Source: an uncultured Thiomicrospira sp.
GTDB lineage: Bacteria > Pseudomonadota > Gammaproteobacteria > CAKMZV01
Length of the DNA stretch: 64,000 nucleotides
Direction of reading: 5' to 3'
Assembly: GCA_965195345.1 (NCBI GenBank)
Contig: OZ239628.1
Coordinates: 160,001-224,000 of the forward strand
Each line of letters starts with the position of its first letter. Position 1 is the first letter of the stretch. Both the position numbers and the translations under genes were made by a program. This document shows, piece by piece, positions 30,576-41,342 of the stretch. The notes under the pieces were generated by a model, which was not told the DNA's origin, searched no databases, and saw only the letters and a program-made list of their open reading frames with translations.

Positions 30576-31562
30576 ATGCAAGACCTCATCCTTGAAATCA
30601 TGCAATGGGAGTGGACTTGGCCACAAGTACTGTGGCTTATACCCCTTCCTGCGCTCATTTTACTACTGCCCAAGTCACAGAATAATAGTGGCGCATTAAT
30701 TACACCGTTTTGGCATCGTTTATTAGCAGCTCAAAGCTCCTCAGTCATCCGTTCAAATATCAATTGGTTACGACTGATCTGGCTTTGGATTCTTTGGATT
30801 ATCATTCTGATGGCTCTAGCAAGACCTGTACTAATTGGTAAGCCAATTGCCTTGCCTCGAGAAGGGCGTAACCTATTGATTGCAGTGGACATCTCTGCTT
30901 CAATGCGTCAACAGGACATGCTTATTAATAATAGGCGCGTTGACAGACTAAGCGCTGTGAAGGAAGTTCTCAAGACATTTCTTGAGCGGCGTCAAGGCGA
31001 TAAAATAGGCTTAATTCTGTTTGGCACTCAAGCCTTTGTTCAAGCACCCTTAACATTTGACATTAAAACTTTGCAGCAATTCCTTGACGAAACCATTATC
31101 GGGCTTGCGGGGGATAAAACCGCTATTGGTGACGCTATAGGACTCGCGATTAAGCAATCCGAGAACGACACCGAAGATAGGGTACTTATTCTTTTAACCG
31201 ACGGGGAAAACTCCGCTGGTAACGTAAGCCCTGAGGAAGCGGCAAAGTATGCTGGTGAAAAGAAGCTAAAAATACATACCGTTGCCTTTGGAAAGGATCG
31301 CTTTGGTCGCAACTTCAAACCACAATCACTTATTAATATTGCTAATGTCACAGGAGGAAAGTCTTTCCAAGCAAGCAGAACCAAAGATTTGAAAAAAATC
31401 TATGATACTATTGATGAACTTGAACCTATAGAGGGTGAGCAAGCGTTCTTTCGCCTTCGTAGCGAACAATATTTTAAAGTCCTAATGCTTGCGCTTTTTT
31501 GGGTTGCTGTTACGCTAACAGCTCTTGGAATCCGCAAAATTTGGAGCAAAAAAGATGCCTGA
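30576..31562 (+). CDS. VWA domain membrane protein (BatA-like)
   Basis: MIDAS DISASM, APLTFD, TAIGDAIGL, LLTDGEN. Confidence 0.92.
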   Translation: MQDLILEIMQWEWTWPQVLWLIPLPALILLLPKSQNNSGALITPFWHRLLAAQSSSVIRSNINWLRLIWLWILWIIILMALARPVLIGKPIALPREGRNLLIAVDISASMRQQDMLINNRRVDRLSAVKEVLKTFLERRQGDKIGLILFGTQAFVQAPLTFDIKTLQQFLDETIIGLAGDKTAIGDAIGLAIKQSENDTEDRVLILLTDGENSAGNVSPEEAAKYAGEKKLKIHTVAFGKDRFGRNFKPQSLINIANVTGGKSFQASRTKDLKKIYDTIDELEPIEGEQAFFRLRSEQYFKVLMLALFWVAVTLTALGIRKIWSKKDA

Positions 31563-33357
31563 ATTAGAAGCTCTAAGCGCCTTTTCGCTATCAAATTTTG
31601 AATGGTTGCGCTCCTATTTCCTATGGGCGATTCCTGTTGCTTTTTTAGTGTTTTACTTAGGTAAGTCTGTATTAGAACAAGACCGTTTTTGGGAGTCACG
31701 CCTGTCGACTGAAATGGCTACACTTCTTTTGACTTCAAATAAAAAAAAGAGTATAGGACTTCTTTGGCTATTTCTTGTTTTTTGGATAACGCTTGTTATT
31801 TCTCTTGCTGGTCCAAGTTGGAAAAAAATTAACCTGCCAACTGTTCAAAGTAAAGATGCCTTATTTATAGTTTTGGATGCATCGTTGTCTATGTTAGCAA
31901 CGGACGCCTCACCCTCACGATTTGATCTGGCAAAATTTCGCATCATTGATCTACTCAGACTACGCAACGATGGATCTTCTTCTCTAATCGTATATGCAGG
32001 TTCTGCTCACATTGTTGCTCCCCTAACTGATGATGTTAATACGATAATAAACCAACTCAACGCGTTAAGCCCAACGATTATGCCAAAACTTGGTTCGGAG
32101 CCAGACAAAGCGTTTGAGCTTGTTCTCTCTATGAGTAAAGAGAATGCTGGAGCTGGCAAAATATTATGGTTTACTGACGAAGCCAGTGAAAATGACATAA
32201 CTATGGCAAGCGCATTAATATCGGATTCCGACCTTCGCTTGATAATAATCCCGACCGGAACTCAAGAGGGTGCCCCCGTTCCTCTGCCTAGTGGCTTTCT
32301 CACTAACCCATCTGGGGGAAATGTCATTGCTCGAGTACCCCTCAAAAATATGAAGCGCATTGCACAAAATATAGGAGCAGACTTCATCCCACTCGCCCAT
32401 TTTAATGACACGCTGATGAAGCAGCTCGTAGACGAAACTGGCGCCTTTGCAAAGCCAAACGATTCTAATCAAGCCTCGTCTCAACAACCGCTTGATAGTG
32501 GTTACCTTCTCGCACCCCTTTTACTGCTGCTTCTTTTACCGATGTTCCGTCGAGGTGTCTTGTTTGCCTTAATATTAACTTTCTTTATTCCTGATTCAAG
32601 AGCCGATGGTTTTTGGAAACGCCCCGATCAACAAGGATATGAGGCGTTTACTAATAAAGACTTTGATAGCGCGTCCAAGACTTTTGAAAACAAAAGTTGG
32701 GAGGCCTCTTCCCTCTATAGGCTTGGGAAATACGACTCGGCGGCAAAAATATGGACGAGCATGAAAGATTGGTACAATGCAGGAAATGCCTTGGCGAAGA
32801 AAGGAAGTTTTCCAGAAGCAATCGAAGCATACGAAAAAGCCATTGCAGAAGATTCTGAAAACGAAGATGCAAAATTTAACCTTGAGTTACTTAAACAGGC
32901 TCAGCAACAGCAAGACCAGCAACAGCAAGACCAACAGCAGCAAGACCAACAGCAGCAAGACCAACAACAACAAGACCAGCAACAGCAAGACCAGCAACAG
33001 CAAGACCAGCAACAGCAAGACCAGCAACAGCAAGACCAGCAACAGCAAGACCAGCAACAGCAAGACCAACAGCAACAAGATGAGGGTGAACAAGATGAGG
33101 ATGAGCAAGATGCAGAACAAGATGCAGAACAAGATGCTGAACAGGACCCAGAAGAAAGCGAAGAAAAAACGGCTGAAGAGCTGTTAGAAGAGAAGAAACA
33201 AGAAGCCGCACGCCAAGAAGCGGCTCAAATCTATGAGCAATGGTTGCGCAAGATTCCTAATGATCCATCGCTTCTACTTAAAAGAAAATTTTTACATCAA
33301 TATAATCAACGTCGAGGACAACTTGATGAAGGAAGCTCAAATGGAAAAGCTTGGTAA
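31555..33357 (+). CDS. VWA + TPR protein (BatB/BatC-like fusion) with a Q/D-rich linker
   Basis: DASLSM, PLTDD, TPR WYNAGNALAK...AKFNLEL, C-terminal QWLRKIP.DP..LLKRKF. Confidence 0.9.
   Translation: MPELEALSAFSLSNFEWLRSYFLWAIPVAFLVFYLGKSVLEQDRFWESRLSTEMATLLLTSNKKKSIGLLWLFLVFWITLVISLAGPSWKKINLPTVQSKDALFIVLDASLSMLATDASPSRFDLAKFRIIDLLRLRNDGSSSLIVYAGSAHIVAPLTDDVNTIINQLNALSPTIMPKLGSEPDKAFELVLSMSKENAGAGKILWFTDEASENDITMASALISDSDLRLIIIPTGTQEGAPVPLPSGFLTNPSGGNVIARVPLKNMKRIAQNIGADFIPLAHFNDTLMKQLVDETGAFAKPNDSNQASSQQPLDSGYLLAPLLLLLLLPMFRRGVLFALILTFFIPDSRADGFWKRPDQQGYEAFTNKDFDSASKTFENKSWEASSLYRLGKYDSAAKIWTSMKDWYNAGNALAKKGSFPEAIEAYEKAIAEDSENEDAKFNLELLKQAQQQQDQQQQDQQQQDQQQQDQQQQDQQQQDQQQQDQQQQDQQQQDQQQQDQQQQDQQQQDEGEQDEDEQDAEQDAEQDAEQDPEESEEKTAEELLEEKKQEAARQEAAQIYEQWLRKIPNDPSLLLKRKFLHQYNQRRGQLDEGSSNGKAW
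32902..33147 (+). repeat. Coding tandem repeat: 12 x 15 bp (QQQQD), then 2 degenerate 15-mers and 3 x 12 bp (AEQD)
   Basis: CARCARCARCAAGAY units from 32902 to 33081, then EGEQD, EDEQD and AEQD x3. Confidence 0.97.
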
Positions 33358-33389
33358 TTTAACAACCCATTTATTTAATAAATAAAATC

Positions 33390-34994
33390 GTGAAATATTT
33401 TATAAATTTAAAAATAATTTGTCTATCACTCTGCCTGTTTATTGTCAGCCTTAATGCTATGGCAAAAATTGAAGCAAAGCTGTCTTTAGGAATCGTAAAT
33501 TTTGGAGAGTCTGTACAACTAACAATATCTGGTAGCAGTGATGGTTCGCCTGATTTAAGTGGGTTACAAAAAGATTTTGACATTGTCAATCGTAGCAAAA
33601 ACTCGAGTGTACAGCTCATAAATGGCTCTTTTTCGCGCAGCCATTCATGGATTTTCGAATTACAACCCAAACGCATAGGTAAACTTGCTATACCAGCCAT
33701 TTCTGTAGGAAATGAAAAAACGCAGCCCTTAGAAGTATTAGTCAACGAACCTTCAAAAACAAATCAGGATTTTGTATTGCTCAGTGAAGTAGATACAAGC
33801 ACTCAGTACGTTGGCGGACAGATTGTTTATTCCCTCAAACTGCTTTATAGAGCATGGTTAAACGGACAATTTCAACTGCCAAAGATGGATAGTTTCAAAC
33901 AAATAACTCTCGGAGAGAACAAGCGCTACAACACCGTTTATAACAACCAGCACTATCAAGTCGTCGAGTGGAGGTACGCATTAATACCTACAAAAAGTGG
34001 ATCGTTTGAAATTGGAGCATCGGCTTTCAATGGCAAAAGCAGAAAAAGCGGATTACGTCTAAATAGCAAGCCCATCGCCATCGAAGTATCTCCTCAACCT
34101 GCTGATTGGCCTAAAACTGTTCCTTGGTTGGCTGCTCGATCTGTAAAACTATGGGATGAATGGGAGCCCCGAACTTCGAATTGGATTGTGGGCGAGAGCA
34201 TATCAAGAACCATCTATCTCGAGGTAGAGGGTGTTATGCCTGAACAGCTTAACAATATAGACTGGCCGTTGCCGGATAATCTGAAAATTTATCCAGAAAA
34301 CGCCCAACGTAAGGCAAATAACACACAAAATAGCTTAAGAAGCGATTTAACCCAGAAGTGGGTAATAATTCCTGAAAAGCCTCAAACATTCAATGTTAAT
34401 GAACTCGAAATTGTCTGGTGGGACATCGTCAATAGCACACGTGTAACAACGAAACTTAAATCAAGGCAAATAACGGTAGAAGCCTCTGCTTCACCTTTTT
34501 TGAGCAATGAGCCAGCGGCAATTATAAATGACGTTGTCATAGCAGGTTCTACCGTGAACGTTACAACGAACGACAATGCCGCCTCTGCTTCTGATTCTTA
34601 TCACCCTGCCATGTGGTTCGCGATGGGTGCAGGATGGTTTGGTTGGCTTATGGCAGCCTTCTTATGGATGCGTAGAGAGAGAAAAGTAGTGAAGTCGAGT
34701 GAAGAAACTAATAGTCTTGATGAGGATGCTCTATACAAGGAAATCAAACTTGCTGTCCAAAACAACAACGGGCCTAAATCCTATCACTTAAGCCTGAGAT
34801 GGTTGAAGAAAAACAAAGCGATTATTGATCCTTTGAAATATACGGCATTTGAAAAATGTTTGACCGGCTTGAGCGCACAATTGATAGCAGGCGAGAGTCC
34901 TTCACTGGATGAATTACTGTCATTGGTAGAGTCAATCTCTTCTCAGAAAATGACGCCTAAAAAAGCATCTAAGATACCCGAGCTGTATAGGTAA
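33390..34994 (+). CDS. BatD-like protein
   Basis: Signal peptide, repeated Ig-like beta domains, WWD motif, late TM helix; last gene of the moxR-VWA operon. Confidence 0.85.
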   Translation: MKYFINLKIICLSLCLFIVSLNAMAKIEAKLSLGIVNFGESVQLTISGSSDGSPDLSGLQKDFDIVNRSKNSSVQLINGSFSRSHSWIFELQPKRIGKLAIPAISVGNEKTQPLEVLVNEPSKTNQDFVLLSEVDTSTQYVGGQIVYSLKLLYRAWLNGQFQLPKMDSFKQITLGENKRYNTVYNNQHYQVVEWRYALIPTKSGSFEIGASAFNGKSRKSGLRLNSKPIAIEVSPQPADWPKTVPWLAARSVKLWDEWEPRTSNWIVGESISRTIYLEVEGVMPEQLNNIDWPLPDNLKIYPENAQRKANNTQNSLRSDLTQKWVIIPEKPQTFNVNELEIVWWDIVNSTRVTTKLKSRQITVEASASPFLSNEPAAIINDVVIAGSTVNVTTNDNAASASDSYHPAMWFAMGAGWFGWLMAAFLWMRRERKVVKSSEETNSLDEDALYKEIKLAVQNNNGPKSYHLSLRWLKKNKAIIDPLKYTAFEKCLTGLSAQLIAGESPSLDELLSLVESISSQKMTPKKASKIPELYR

Positions 34995-35007
34995 TAGCTG
35001 GTAACGC

Positions 35008-36585
35008 TTAACTTTTAGGTCCAGCGGCAATTACTTCAGGTGAAACTTGATTGTGGAACTTTTCAAAGTTGCTAATAAATTGATTTGCCAGTTTTCGAGC
35101 TAACTTCTGATATTCCGCCGTATCTTGCCAACTCACTTCAGGGTTCAATAGCTCTTTAGGAACACCTGGACACTCGACAATCATATCTAAGTTGAAAACA
35201 GAGTGCTTTTGTAGGCGAGCATTATCTAACCTACCTGAACGGGCTTCTAATACCATAGCGCGCGAGTATGCAAGCTTAATCCGTTTACCCACACCGTACA
35301 TTCCCCCCTGCCAACCTGTGTTGATAAGCCAAACACGCACATTGTTTGTGGCAAGTTTTTGTTTGAATAGTTCCGCATACCGCACAGGAGCTAAAGGGAG
35401 AAAAGGGCTGCCAAAACAAGCGCTAAAAGTAGCTTCAGGCTCTGTCACGCCGCGTTCAGTACCCGCCAATTTAGAGGTGTATCCAGATAAAAAGTGATAC
35501 ATCGCCGCATCTGTGGTTAAACGCGATAATGGAGGAAGTATTCCGTAAGCATCCGCTGTCAAAAAGAAAATATCTTGAGGCGCGGTTGTTTTTCCTTCAA
35601 TGCTCGCATTCTTTACAAAAGTTAAAGGATACGCAGATCGCGTATTTTCTGTCTTGCTAACGTCTGCAAAAATGGGGTTCTGATTTTCATCAAGAACAAC
35701 GTTTTCTAATATAGATCCAAATCGCACAGAAGCATCATAAATAACTGGCTCGCTTTCCTTCGCTAAGTTGTTTGTTTTCGCATAACAACCGCCTTCAAAA
35801 TTAAATACACCATGTTCATTCCAACCATGCTCATCGTCCCCTACCAAAGTATGATCCAAATCAGCAGACAGCGTTGTTTTACCCGTTCCAGATAAACCAA
35901 AAAACAAAGCACTTTTGTTTTTTTCGTCATAATTTGCTGAACAATGCATGGGCAATTGATTGCTCGCTGGCAATTCAAAATTCATTACAGCAAATAAGCT
36001 TTTCTTAATTTCTCCTGCATAGGCCGTGTTAGCAACCAAAACTAGATGCCGGGAAAAGTCCATAGCAATCATAGTATCTGTTCTGCACCCATGCTTTACT
36101 GGATCGGCAACAAACCCAGGTAAATCAAGAACAGTCCAGAATTCATCTACATTTTCCCAAGGCTCTCGGACAAATAAATTCTGTGCAAATAAATTATGCC
36201 ACGCAAGCTGGGTAATAACGCGCACTGGCTTGTGTGATAACTCATCTCTTCCCACATACAGATCTTGGATATATAAGTCCTGATTTGATGCATAATCGCA
36301 CATGTCTTGATAAAGTGTCTCAAACTTCTCTGGTTCTACAGGTTGATTAACAGGACCCCAATCCAAAAGATCTTGAGTCAATGCGTCTTTAACTACAAAT
36401 CGATCTTTGGGTGATCGACCTGTAAACTTTCCAGTATCGGCAACCAACGATCCGTTCAAAGAAAGCTGCGCTTCATTGTTTTTTATGGCATGCTCAATCA
36501 GTGTTGCTGGACCAAGATTATGACGCACGGCGTTCGGCGCAATTAAAGAAAGAATTTCTGAATTTCTGTGGGGTTTATCAGACAT
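35008..36585 (-). CDS. pckA: Phosphoenolpyruvate carboxykinase (ATP)
   Basis: TGRSPKD, YAGEIKK, FFGLSGTGKTTLS, GDDEHGW, NFEGGCYAK. Confidence 0.98.
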   Translation of the reverse strand: MSDKPHRNSEILSLIAPNAVRHNLGPATLIEHAIKNNEAQLSLNGSLVADTGKFTGRSPKDRFVVKDALTQDLLDWGPVNQPVEPEKFETLYQDMCDYASNQDLYIQDLYVGRDELSHKPVRVITQLAWHNLFAQNLFVREPWENVDEFWTVLDLPGFVADPVKHGCRTDTMIAMDFSRHLVLVANTAYAGEIKKSLFAVMNFELPASNQLPMHCSANYDEKNKSALFFGLSGTGKTTLSADLDHTLVGDDEHGWNEHGVFNFEGGCYAKTNNLAKESEPVIYDASVRFGSILENVVLDENQNPIFADVSKTENTRSAYPLTFVKNASIEGKTTAPQDIFFLTADAYGILPPLSRLTTDAAMYHFLSGYTSKLAGTERGVTEPEATFSACFGSPFLPLAPVRYAELFKQKLATNNVRVWLINTGWQGGMYGVGKRIKLAYSRAMVLEARSGRLDNARLQKHSVFNLDMIVECPGVPKELLNPEVSWQDTAEYQKLARKLANQFISNFEKFHNQVSPEVIAAGPKS

Positions 36586-36789
36586 AATAATTAAAATATA
36601 GTGCGTAAGAAGATTAAGCAGCTATTATATTCTTTAGAAAGATTTAATCTACAACTTTCATATTAAATTAAGAAAGAAAAATTAAAGATAATCAATTGCT
36701 TATGCTCATGTTAAAGGCCTCATTATTTTCAATAATTAGAGCATTATCCAGAGCACTACCTTTGTAACATATTGCCCAAAAAAGACTTA

Positions 36790-37569
36790 TTACTCAAAAC
36801 TGGCAGAACAAACGGGGCAAACAGGATCTTTTCCAATGCTCACGACGCGTATCTCCCAGCATAAGGTGTCGATTAACATGAGTTTCCCTCGTAATTTAGA
36901 AGATTCTTCTAAATTAATAAGCGCCTTAATCACCTCCACTGATTGCATAGAGCCCACAACGCCCACACTCGGACCCAAAACACCATTCGCTGAACAAGTA
37001 TCTGCAGCGCTTTCATCAGAATAGAGGCACCGATAACAAGCTGATTGCTCATCACGAGAGTCAAACACACTCAATTGCCCTTCAAAACCTGCTACCGCTG
37101 CACTAACAAGAGGCGTTTTCCCTAACCAACAAGCTTGATTTACCATTTGTCTCGTCTTGAAGTTGTCGCTGCAATCAAGAACACAGTCAACACCCGCAAT
37201 CAACTGACTTAAAAAATGTGTATCTACTTCCTCTTCGACTGTTTCAATAACAAGGTCTGAATTTCCCGCCATCAGACTTTCTTTTGCCGAAATCGTTTTA
37301 TATTTGCCTATATCAGCTAATGAATGGATTGGTTGTCGATGCAAGTTAGATAACTCAACTCGATCGAAATCAAGCAACGTGAAGCGACCAACCCCGCATG
37401 CCCCCAAGTATTGCGCCGCAACAGAACCCAGCCCTCCAAGACCAACAATCAACACATGGCTATTTTTTAAGACTGTTTGCCCTGCAATGTCTATTTTAGA
37501 GAGGAATATTTGCCTGCTAAAGCGAAGCAAATCTGAGTCGGTTAAAGAATGTTTTTCAAAACGCTTCAT
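36790..37569 (-). CDS. moeB: MoeB/ThiF family adenylyltransferase
   Basis: RFSRQI, GLGGLG, SNLHRQ, DCSDNF, CYRC, C-terminal CPVC; ThiF cannot be excluded. Confidence 0.85.
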   Translation of the reverse strand: MKRFEKHSLTDSDLLRFSRQIFLSKIDIAGQTVLKNSHVLIVGLGGLGSVAAQYLGACGVGRFTLLDFDRVELSNLHRQPIHSLADIGKYKTISAKESLMAGNSDLVIETVEEEVDTHFLSQLIAGVDCVLDCSDNFKTRQMVNQACWLGKTPLVSAAVAGFEGQLSVFDSRDEQSACYRCLYSDESAADTCSANGVLGPSVGVVGSMQSVEVIKALINLEESSKLRGKLMLIDTLCWEIRVVSIGKDPVCPVCSASFE

Positions 37570-38096
37570 TTGAAGCGAATTGTAAAATCGCCTTGTGGTC
37601 GTATGAATTGCTGTCCAAGTCCTAATAGTGCATCAATTTGAGGGTTCGGTTGCTTTGTTTTTATGTTCCCCTCTAATAACGCCCCATTGCTATTGTATTG
37701 AAGCTGTGCATCGAGTTTTATTGGGCTGCCATAGTCCTTCACTGTGACATTAATTTCTTCGGTAACATTTACATTAACAATGAAATTGCCAAAATTAATT
37801 CCTGAAACATCAACTTGACTAATGAGCACTTCGTAGCCTATCGCCATATTTTTAAGAACCTCTGGTTTCCACTCCCATTCAATATTGGCAATAGAAACCT
37901 GTACGAGAGGAAGCTCCTTCGTGCTAGATATAGAAGTTTGCCCATGCCAAACATTCCCTGTTGGAACCGTTACGCTTATGGGCTTTCCTGCTAAATATCC
38001 AACAAGAAATTGTTCATATAAGAAAGCCGCAGGCATTTGTACAACCGCAGCGATCATCAATGATATGAGAAAAAACAAGCTTAGAAATATTTTCAT
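37566..38096 (-). CDS. gspN: GspN-like T2SS protein (short)
   Basis: N-terminal TM followed by PA, G.VW.G motif; position after gspM. Confidence 0.7.
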   Translation of the reverse strand: MKIFLSLFFLISLMIAAVVQMPAAFLYEQFLVGYLAGKPISVTVPTGNVWHGQTSISSTKELPLVQVSIANIEWEWKPEVLKNMAIGYEVLISQVDVSGINFGNFIVNVNVTEEINVTVKDYGSPIKLDAQLQYNSNGALLEGNIKTKQPNPQIDALLGLGQQFIRPQGDFTIRFK

Positions 38097-38590
38097 TGCC
38101 CTGCTGGTGGTAATGTGTCAGACATAGTCAACCTTACGTCAACATATCCCGAGCGTTCCGTTGCTGTGATTACTGCATCGAGAAGCGTCACCGAATATTC
38201 AAGTTGTAAACTTACAATCCAATCATTGAAATCCAAATAAGGAATTTCTTTAAGCTGCACGACTGTATTGTCGTTGGAATCTTTAAAAATACGTTGCGTA
38301 TAGCCACTAAGAGAGCGTTCAAGTAAAGTGGTTTCAACCAAAGTGGCTAAACTTTGTTGATTCGTAAGTCCTTTTCTATCGCTTAAAAGTTCGATAGCAT
38401 TTTGATTTAACCACTGATTGAAAGAGCGCTCTTTTTGAAGTTGGTTTTGTGCTTTTGTCCTTTCAATCATCGCCGGCTCCCAAAACCATAAATAACCGAG
38501 CAAAATAACCACCAGTGGAGCGCCTCCAGCAAGAATAACCTGCTCTCTTTGTTGCAATCCTTTAAACCAACTAAAAATCTTTTCCATCAT
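38093..38590 (-). CDS. gspM: T2SS protein GspM
   Basis: W...L..RE before a single TM, YLWFWEP, ferredoxin-like C-terminus. Confidence 0.85.
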   Translation of the reverse strand: MMEKIFSWFKGLQQREQVILAGGAPLVVILLGYLWFWEPAMIERTKAQNQLQKERSFNQWLNQNAIELLSDRKGLTNQQSLATLVETTLLERSLSGYTQRIFKDSNDNTVVQLKEIPYLDFNDWIVSLQLEYSVTLLDAVITATERSGYVDVRLTMSDTLPPAGQ

Positions 38591-38702
38591 CGTCGCACGC
38601 ACAATCTGCTTGAATAAATTACACTAATAATGGCAACCAAATGCGCATTTTCCCTTACAAAGGCAATCATATCGAGAAAAACTGCTCTGTGAAAGGAGTG
38701 TT

Positions 38703-39734
38703 TCATTTTAGCTCCTTACGTATACTCAAAGAGCTACTCACTCTATCCCCATCCTGAGACAACTCCTGAACCTTGACAGTTAGCCCCTGTGTTTTTTGGA
38801 TTGCACTATTAAATGTTTCTGCTACAGAAACACTTGGCGCACTCACCCTGAGTAGCATCGAATAATTGCTGTACTTTATTGATTCAACCTTTATTTTTGA
38901 ATTTGCCTTGAGAATAGGCACTCCAGCTTGAAGCAAAGCAATCAAGCTTGTTTCTCTTAATTTTTTCGCTTTCGAAAGCCGATCAAATTGCTGACTTGCC
39001 TGGGCTTGCGGGTTAACAATTCGGCGTATGTCAGGGAAAAGTTCCTTAAAACGTGCAGTATTAATTTTGCGTTGACTGATAACACTTTCTGCCAGTGCAT
39101 TATTCTCTATTGTTAGATCACCAATATAAAAAGCCAGACCTAAAATTGATGCTGCAAAGCTTAGCCCCCATGGTTTTAACCACCGACCAAATGATATCGT
39201 GTTACCAAATCTCCCTTGTAAAAGATTGCATTGAATTCCTTTCGTATTTGCTTTTTTCGCCAGATCACTCACAAAGCCATCGAATAAAACACAATCTTCC
39301 CGACTTAATCCTGCAAGATGAAGCACCCTATCAACCAATACTTCATCTATCGCAAAGCCGGTGTCTGCATCAAGGCGAACTAATGCGCGCCCATTCTCAA
39401 TTAATAGAGCAGGTTTTCCATCGAAAGGAAGAATAAAATAATCTGGCATAAGCACATTGACAGAAGCGTTATGCTCATCCAGATATGCAACCCAATTAGA
39501 AACTTGACTGGTAACGCAGACCCACGCTATCCATTGCTTTTGATATCGATTGACGGAAAAGTGTAAAGACTCAATGTCTTGACCAAGAAGCTCTTCTAAT
39601 GCAAAAGGCGCCAATTTTATTGCTTGAACAAGGCTTTTCACAGGCACATCAACAATATGCACACTGACGCATTCGCTTGGTACGAACCCAATTTTTCCAG
39701 CAATAATTAATTGTGAGCTATTTTTTTCAGTCAT
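38703..39734 (-). CDS. gspL: T2SS protein GspL
   Basis: PFALEE.L..DIE.LHF, MPD..LP, NLLQG.F, RRIVNP..Q. Confidence 0.88.
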   Translation of the reverse strand: MTEKNSSQLIIAGKIGFVPSECVSVHIVDVPVKSLVQAIKLAPFALEELLGQDIESLHFSVNRYQKQWIAWVCVTSQVSNWVAYLDEHNASVNVLMPDYFILPFDGKPALLIENGRALVRLDADTGFAIDEVLVDRVLHLAGLSREDCVLFDGFVSDLAKKANTKGIQCNLLQGRFGNTISFGRWLKPWGLSFAASILGLAFYIGDLTIENNALAESVISQRKINTARFKELFPDIRRIVNPQAQASQQFDRLSKAKKLRETSLIALLQAGVPILKANSKIKVESIKYSNYSMLLRVSAPSVSVAETFNSAIQKTQGLTVKVQELSQDGDRVSSSLSIRKELK

Positions 39735-40725
39735 CGGCCCATGCACCAAGTATCCGTGAAACCACTCTAATTTGGTTAGCATCTTTACGTTGAATTATAG
39801 ATACTGCCCTTGTCTGGGACTCATTATAGTTGACTGTAACCGCTAAACGGAAAAATTGCGTCTGTGTATTTATCACAGTGTCTGGCAACCTGGAAGATAA
39901 ATTGGCATCATCACTAAATCCTTGCATAAATTGAACCAAAGCACTTTGACTTTTGAATGCCTCTTGTTTATTTTGTCTTAGTATCACTTCTCGAACCATA
40001 TCTGCGTTAATTGCTTCATCCAACATCATTAATGTTTTCGCGTTAGCGAAGTTTGCATTGACCGCTGTTGCCACAGGAAGAGCTGTAAGATGATTTTTCA
40101 ATCTATTGTAATAATTTGACCTCATGCCAAAAACCAAACGTAACTCTGAGACATCCACCAACTTTTGATTCGCTGCTCGATAGGGCGGATCAAGACTGGA
40201 ATACGTACTATCTTCAGCCCCATTCTGCCTTGCATTATTGTCACTATCCATCCAGTCAGCAATAGAGTCTGCAAGCGTCAGCGGTATGTCAAGAAGCTCT
40301 AAAAGGCGCACCAATCGTTCGAACTCTGCTGCAATTACCTTTCCCTCGCCATCGATAATGTTATTGATATTGTAGCGTGCCCCTTCGTCAGTTAAGCTCC
40401 CTGCAATAGATCCTCCCTCAATGGGCAGCCCAGCAACCGATGAAGTCCAATCTTCTCCTGGAAAATCTGCTGTGCTTCGGCGTGCATCTTTGTTTAAGAC
40501 TCGAATAATCCAATTCTCTACACTGTATATGTAAAGCAGCCCTTGGTCTGAGCCAACTATATTGGTTGTGCGTTTGATGCTGCTTTGATACTCAAGGGTC
40601 GTTCGCGTTGCTATAACAGCGGCTATCCCTGATATTAACAAAGTCGTAATCAATGCAATCCCCCGTTGTTTCAATTTTGACCGAGATTTTTGCACCTCTG
40701 ATTTTTTCATCTTTGTATAAATCAT
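39727..40725 (-). CDS. gspK: T2SS minor pseudopilin GspK
   Basis: QRG|IALITTL, NINN, DWMDSD, GAE...Y, ELRLVFG. Confidence 0.93.
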   Translation of the reverse strand: MIYTKMKKSEVQKSRSKLKQRGIALITTLLISGIAAVIATRTTLEYQSSIKRTTNIVGSDQGLLYIYSVENWIIRVLNKDARRSTADFPGEDWTSSVAGLPIEGGSIAGSLTDEGARYNINNIIDGEGKVIAAEFERLVRLLELLDIPLTLADSIADWMDSDNNARQNGAEDSTYSSLDPPYRAANQKLVDVSELRLVFGMRSNYYNRLKNHLTALPVATAVNANFANAKTLMMLDEAINADMVREVILRQNKQEAFKSQSALVQFMQGFSDDANLSSRLPDTVINTQTQFFRLAVTVNYNESQTRAVSIIQRKDANQIRVVSRILGAWADD

Positions 40726-41342
40726 AGCAGCGGCTCAATAACTGGGAATAAATGCGTATATTCGTTCCCCCCCTCCAACTTAATCTTTACTTCAATAGCA
40801 AGCGGTAGGGCATCTTTTTTTTCTGTAATCGACCAAAATTTACTCCACGTATTGTCACTCTTCAAAAAACGAATATCAAAAGAGTCGACCTGATCAAGCA
40901 TAAGTGTTTTAGAAGGCACTGCCGCGAATGAACGATCCAGTGCATAATAATGCTCTCGATAAAGCTTCCTGCCTTCCAATTTATAGCCAATTCGAGAAAA
41001 GCGTGACTGACGGAATAACGCATCCTCTTCTGAAAAGAAGGGAATTGAGCTATTAATTCGAGTGAATTCGATAAAATTATTATTGTCATCGAAAGCTAAG
41101 GCAGCCGTCACCTCTCCTTCATTATTGCGAACCGTCCTTGGCACAATTTGATAAAAATCTCGAGCCATTACCAACAAAGAACGCTCTAAATCCTCTTTCC
41201 GTTGTTGCAACTCTTGTTGTACCGTCTGCTGCTTAATGATGTTGCTCAATCCCGAATATCCCATCACGGCAAGCCAAGAGAATAGCACCATTGCGACAAG
41301 AAGTTCGATTAAAGTAAATCCGCGCGACTCTTCCTTTCTCAT
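40722..41342 (-). CDS. gspJ: T2SS minor pseudopilin GspJ
   Basis: G|FTLIELLVAM, RDFYQ..PR, LPLAIEV. Confidence 0.92.
   Translation of the reverse strand: MRKEESRGFTLIELLVAMVLFSWLAVMGYSGLSNIIKQQTVQQELQQRKEDLERSLLVMARDFYQIVPRTVRNNEGEVTAALAFDDNNNFIEFTRINSSIPFFSEEDALFRQSRFSRIGYKLEGRKLYREHYYALDRSFAAVPSKTLMLDQVDSFDIRFLKSDNTWSKFWSITEKKDALPLAIEVKIKLEGGNEYTHLFPVIEPLL

Noticed and set aside
32902-33147. Possible CRISPR array
   Set aside because: Contiguous coding repeats with no unique spacers and no cas genes
32777-33211. Alternative-frame and antisense ORFs (poly-SNSKT, poly-LLLLV, poly-AVAGL)
   Set aside because: By-products of the stop-free 15-bp repeat; synonymous variation follows the QQQQD frame
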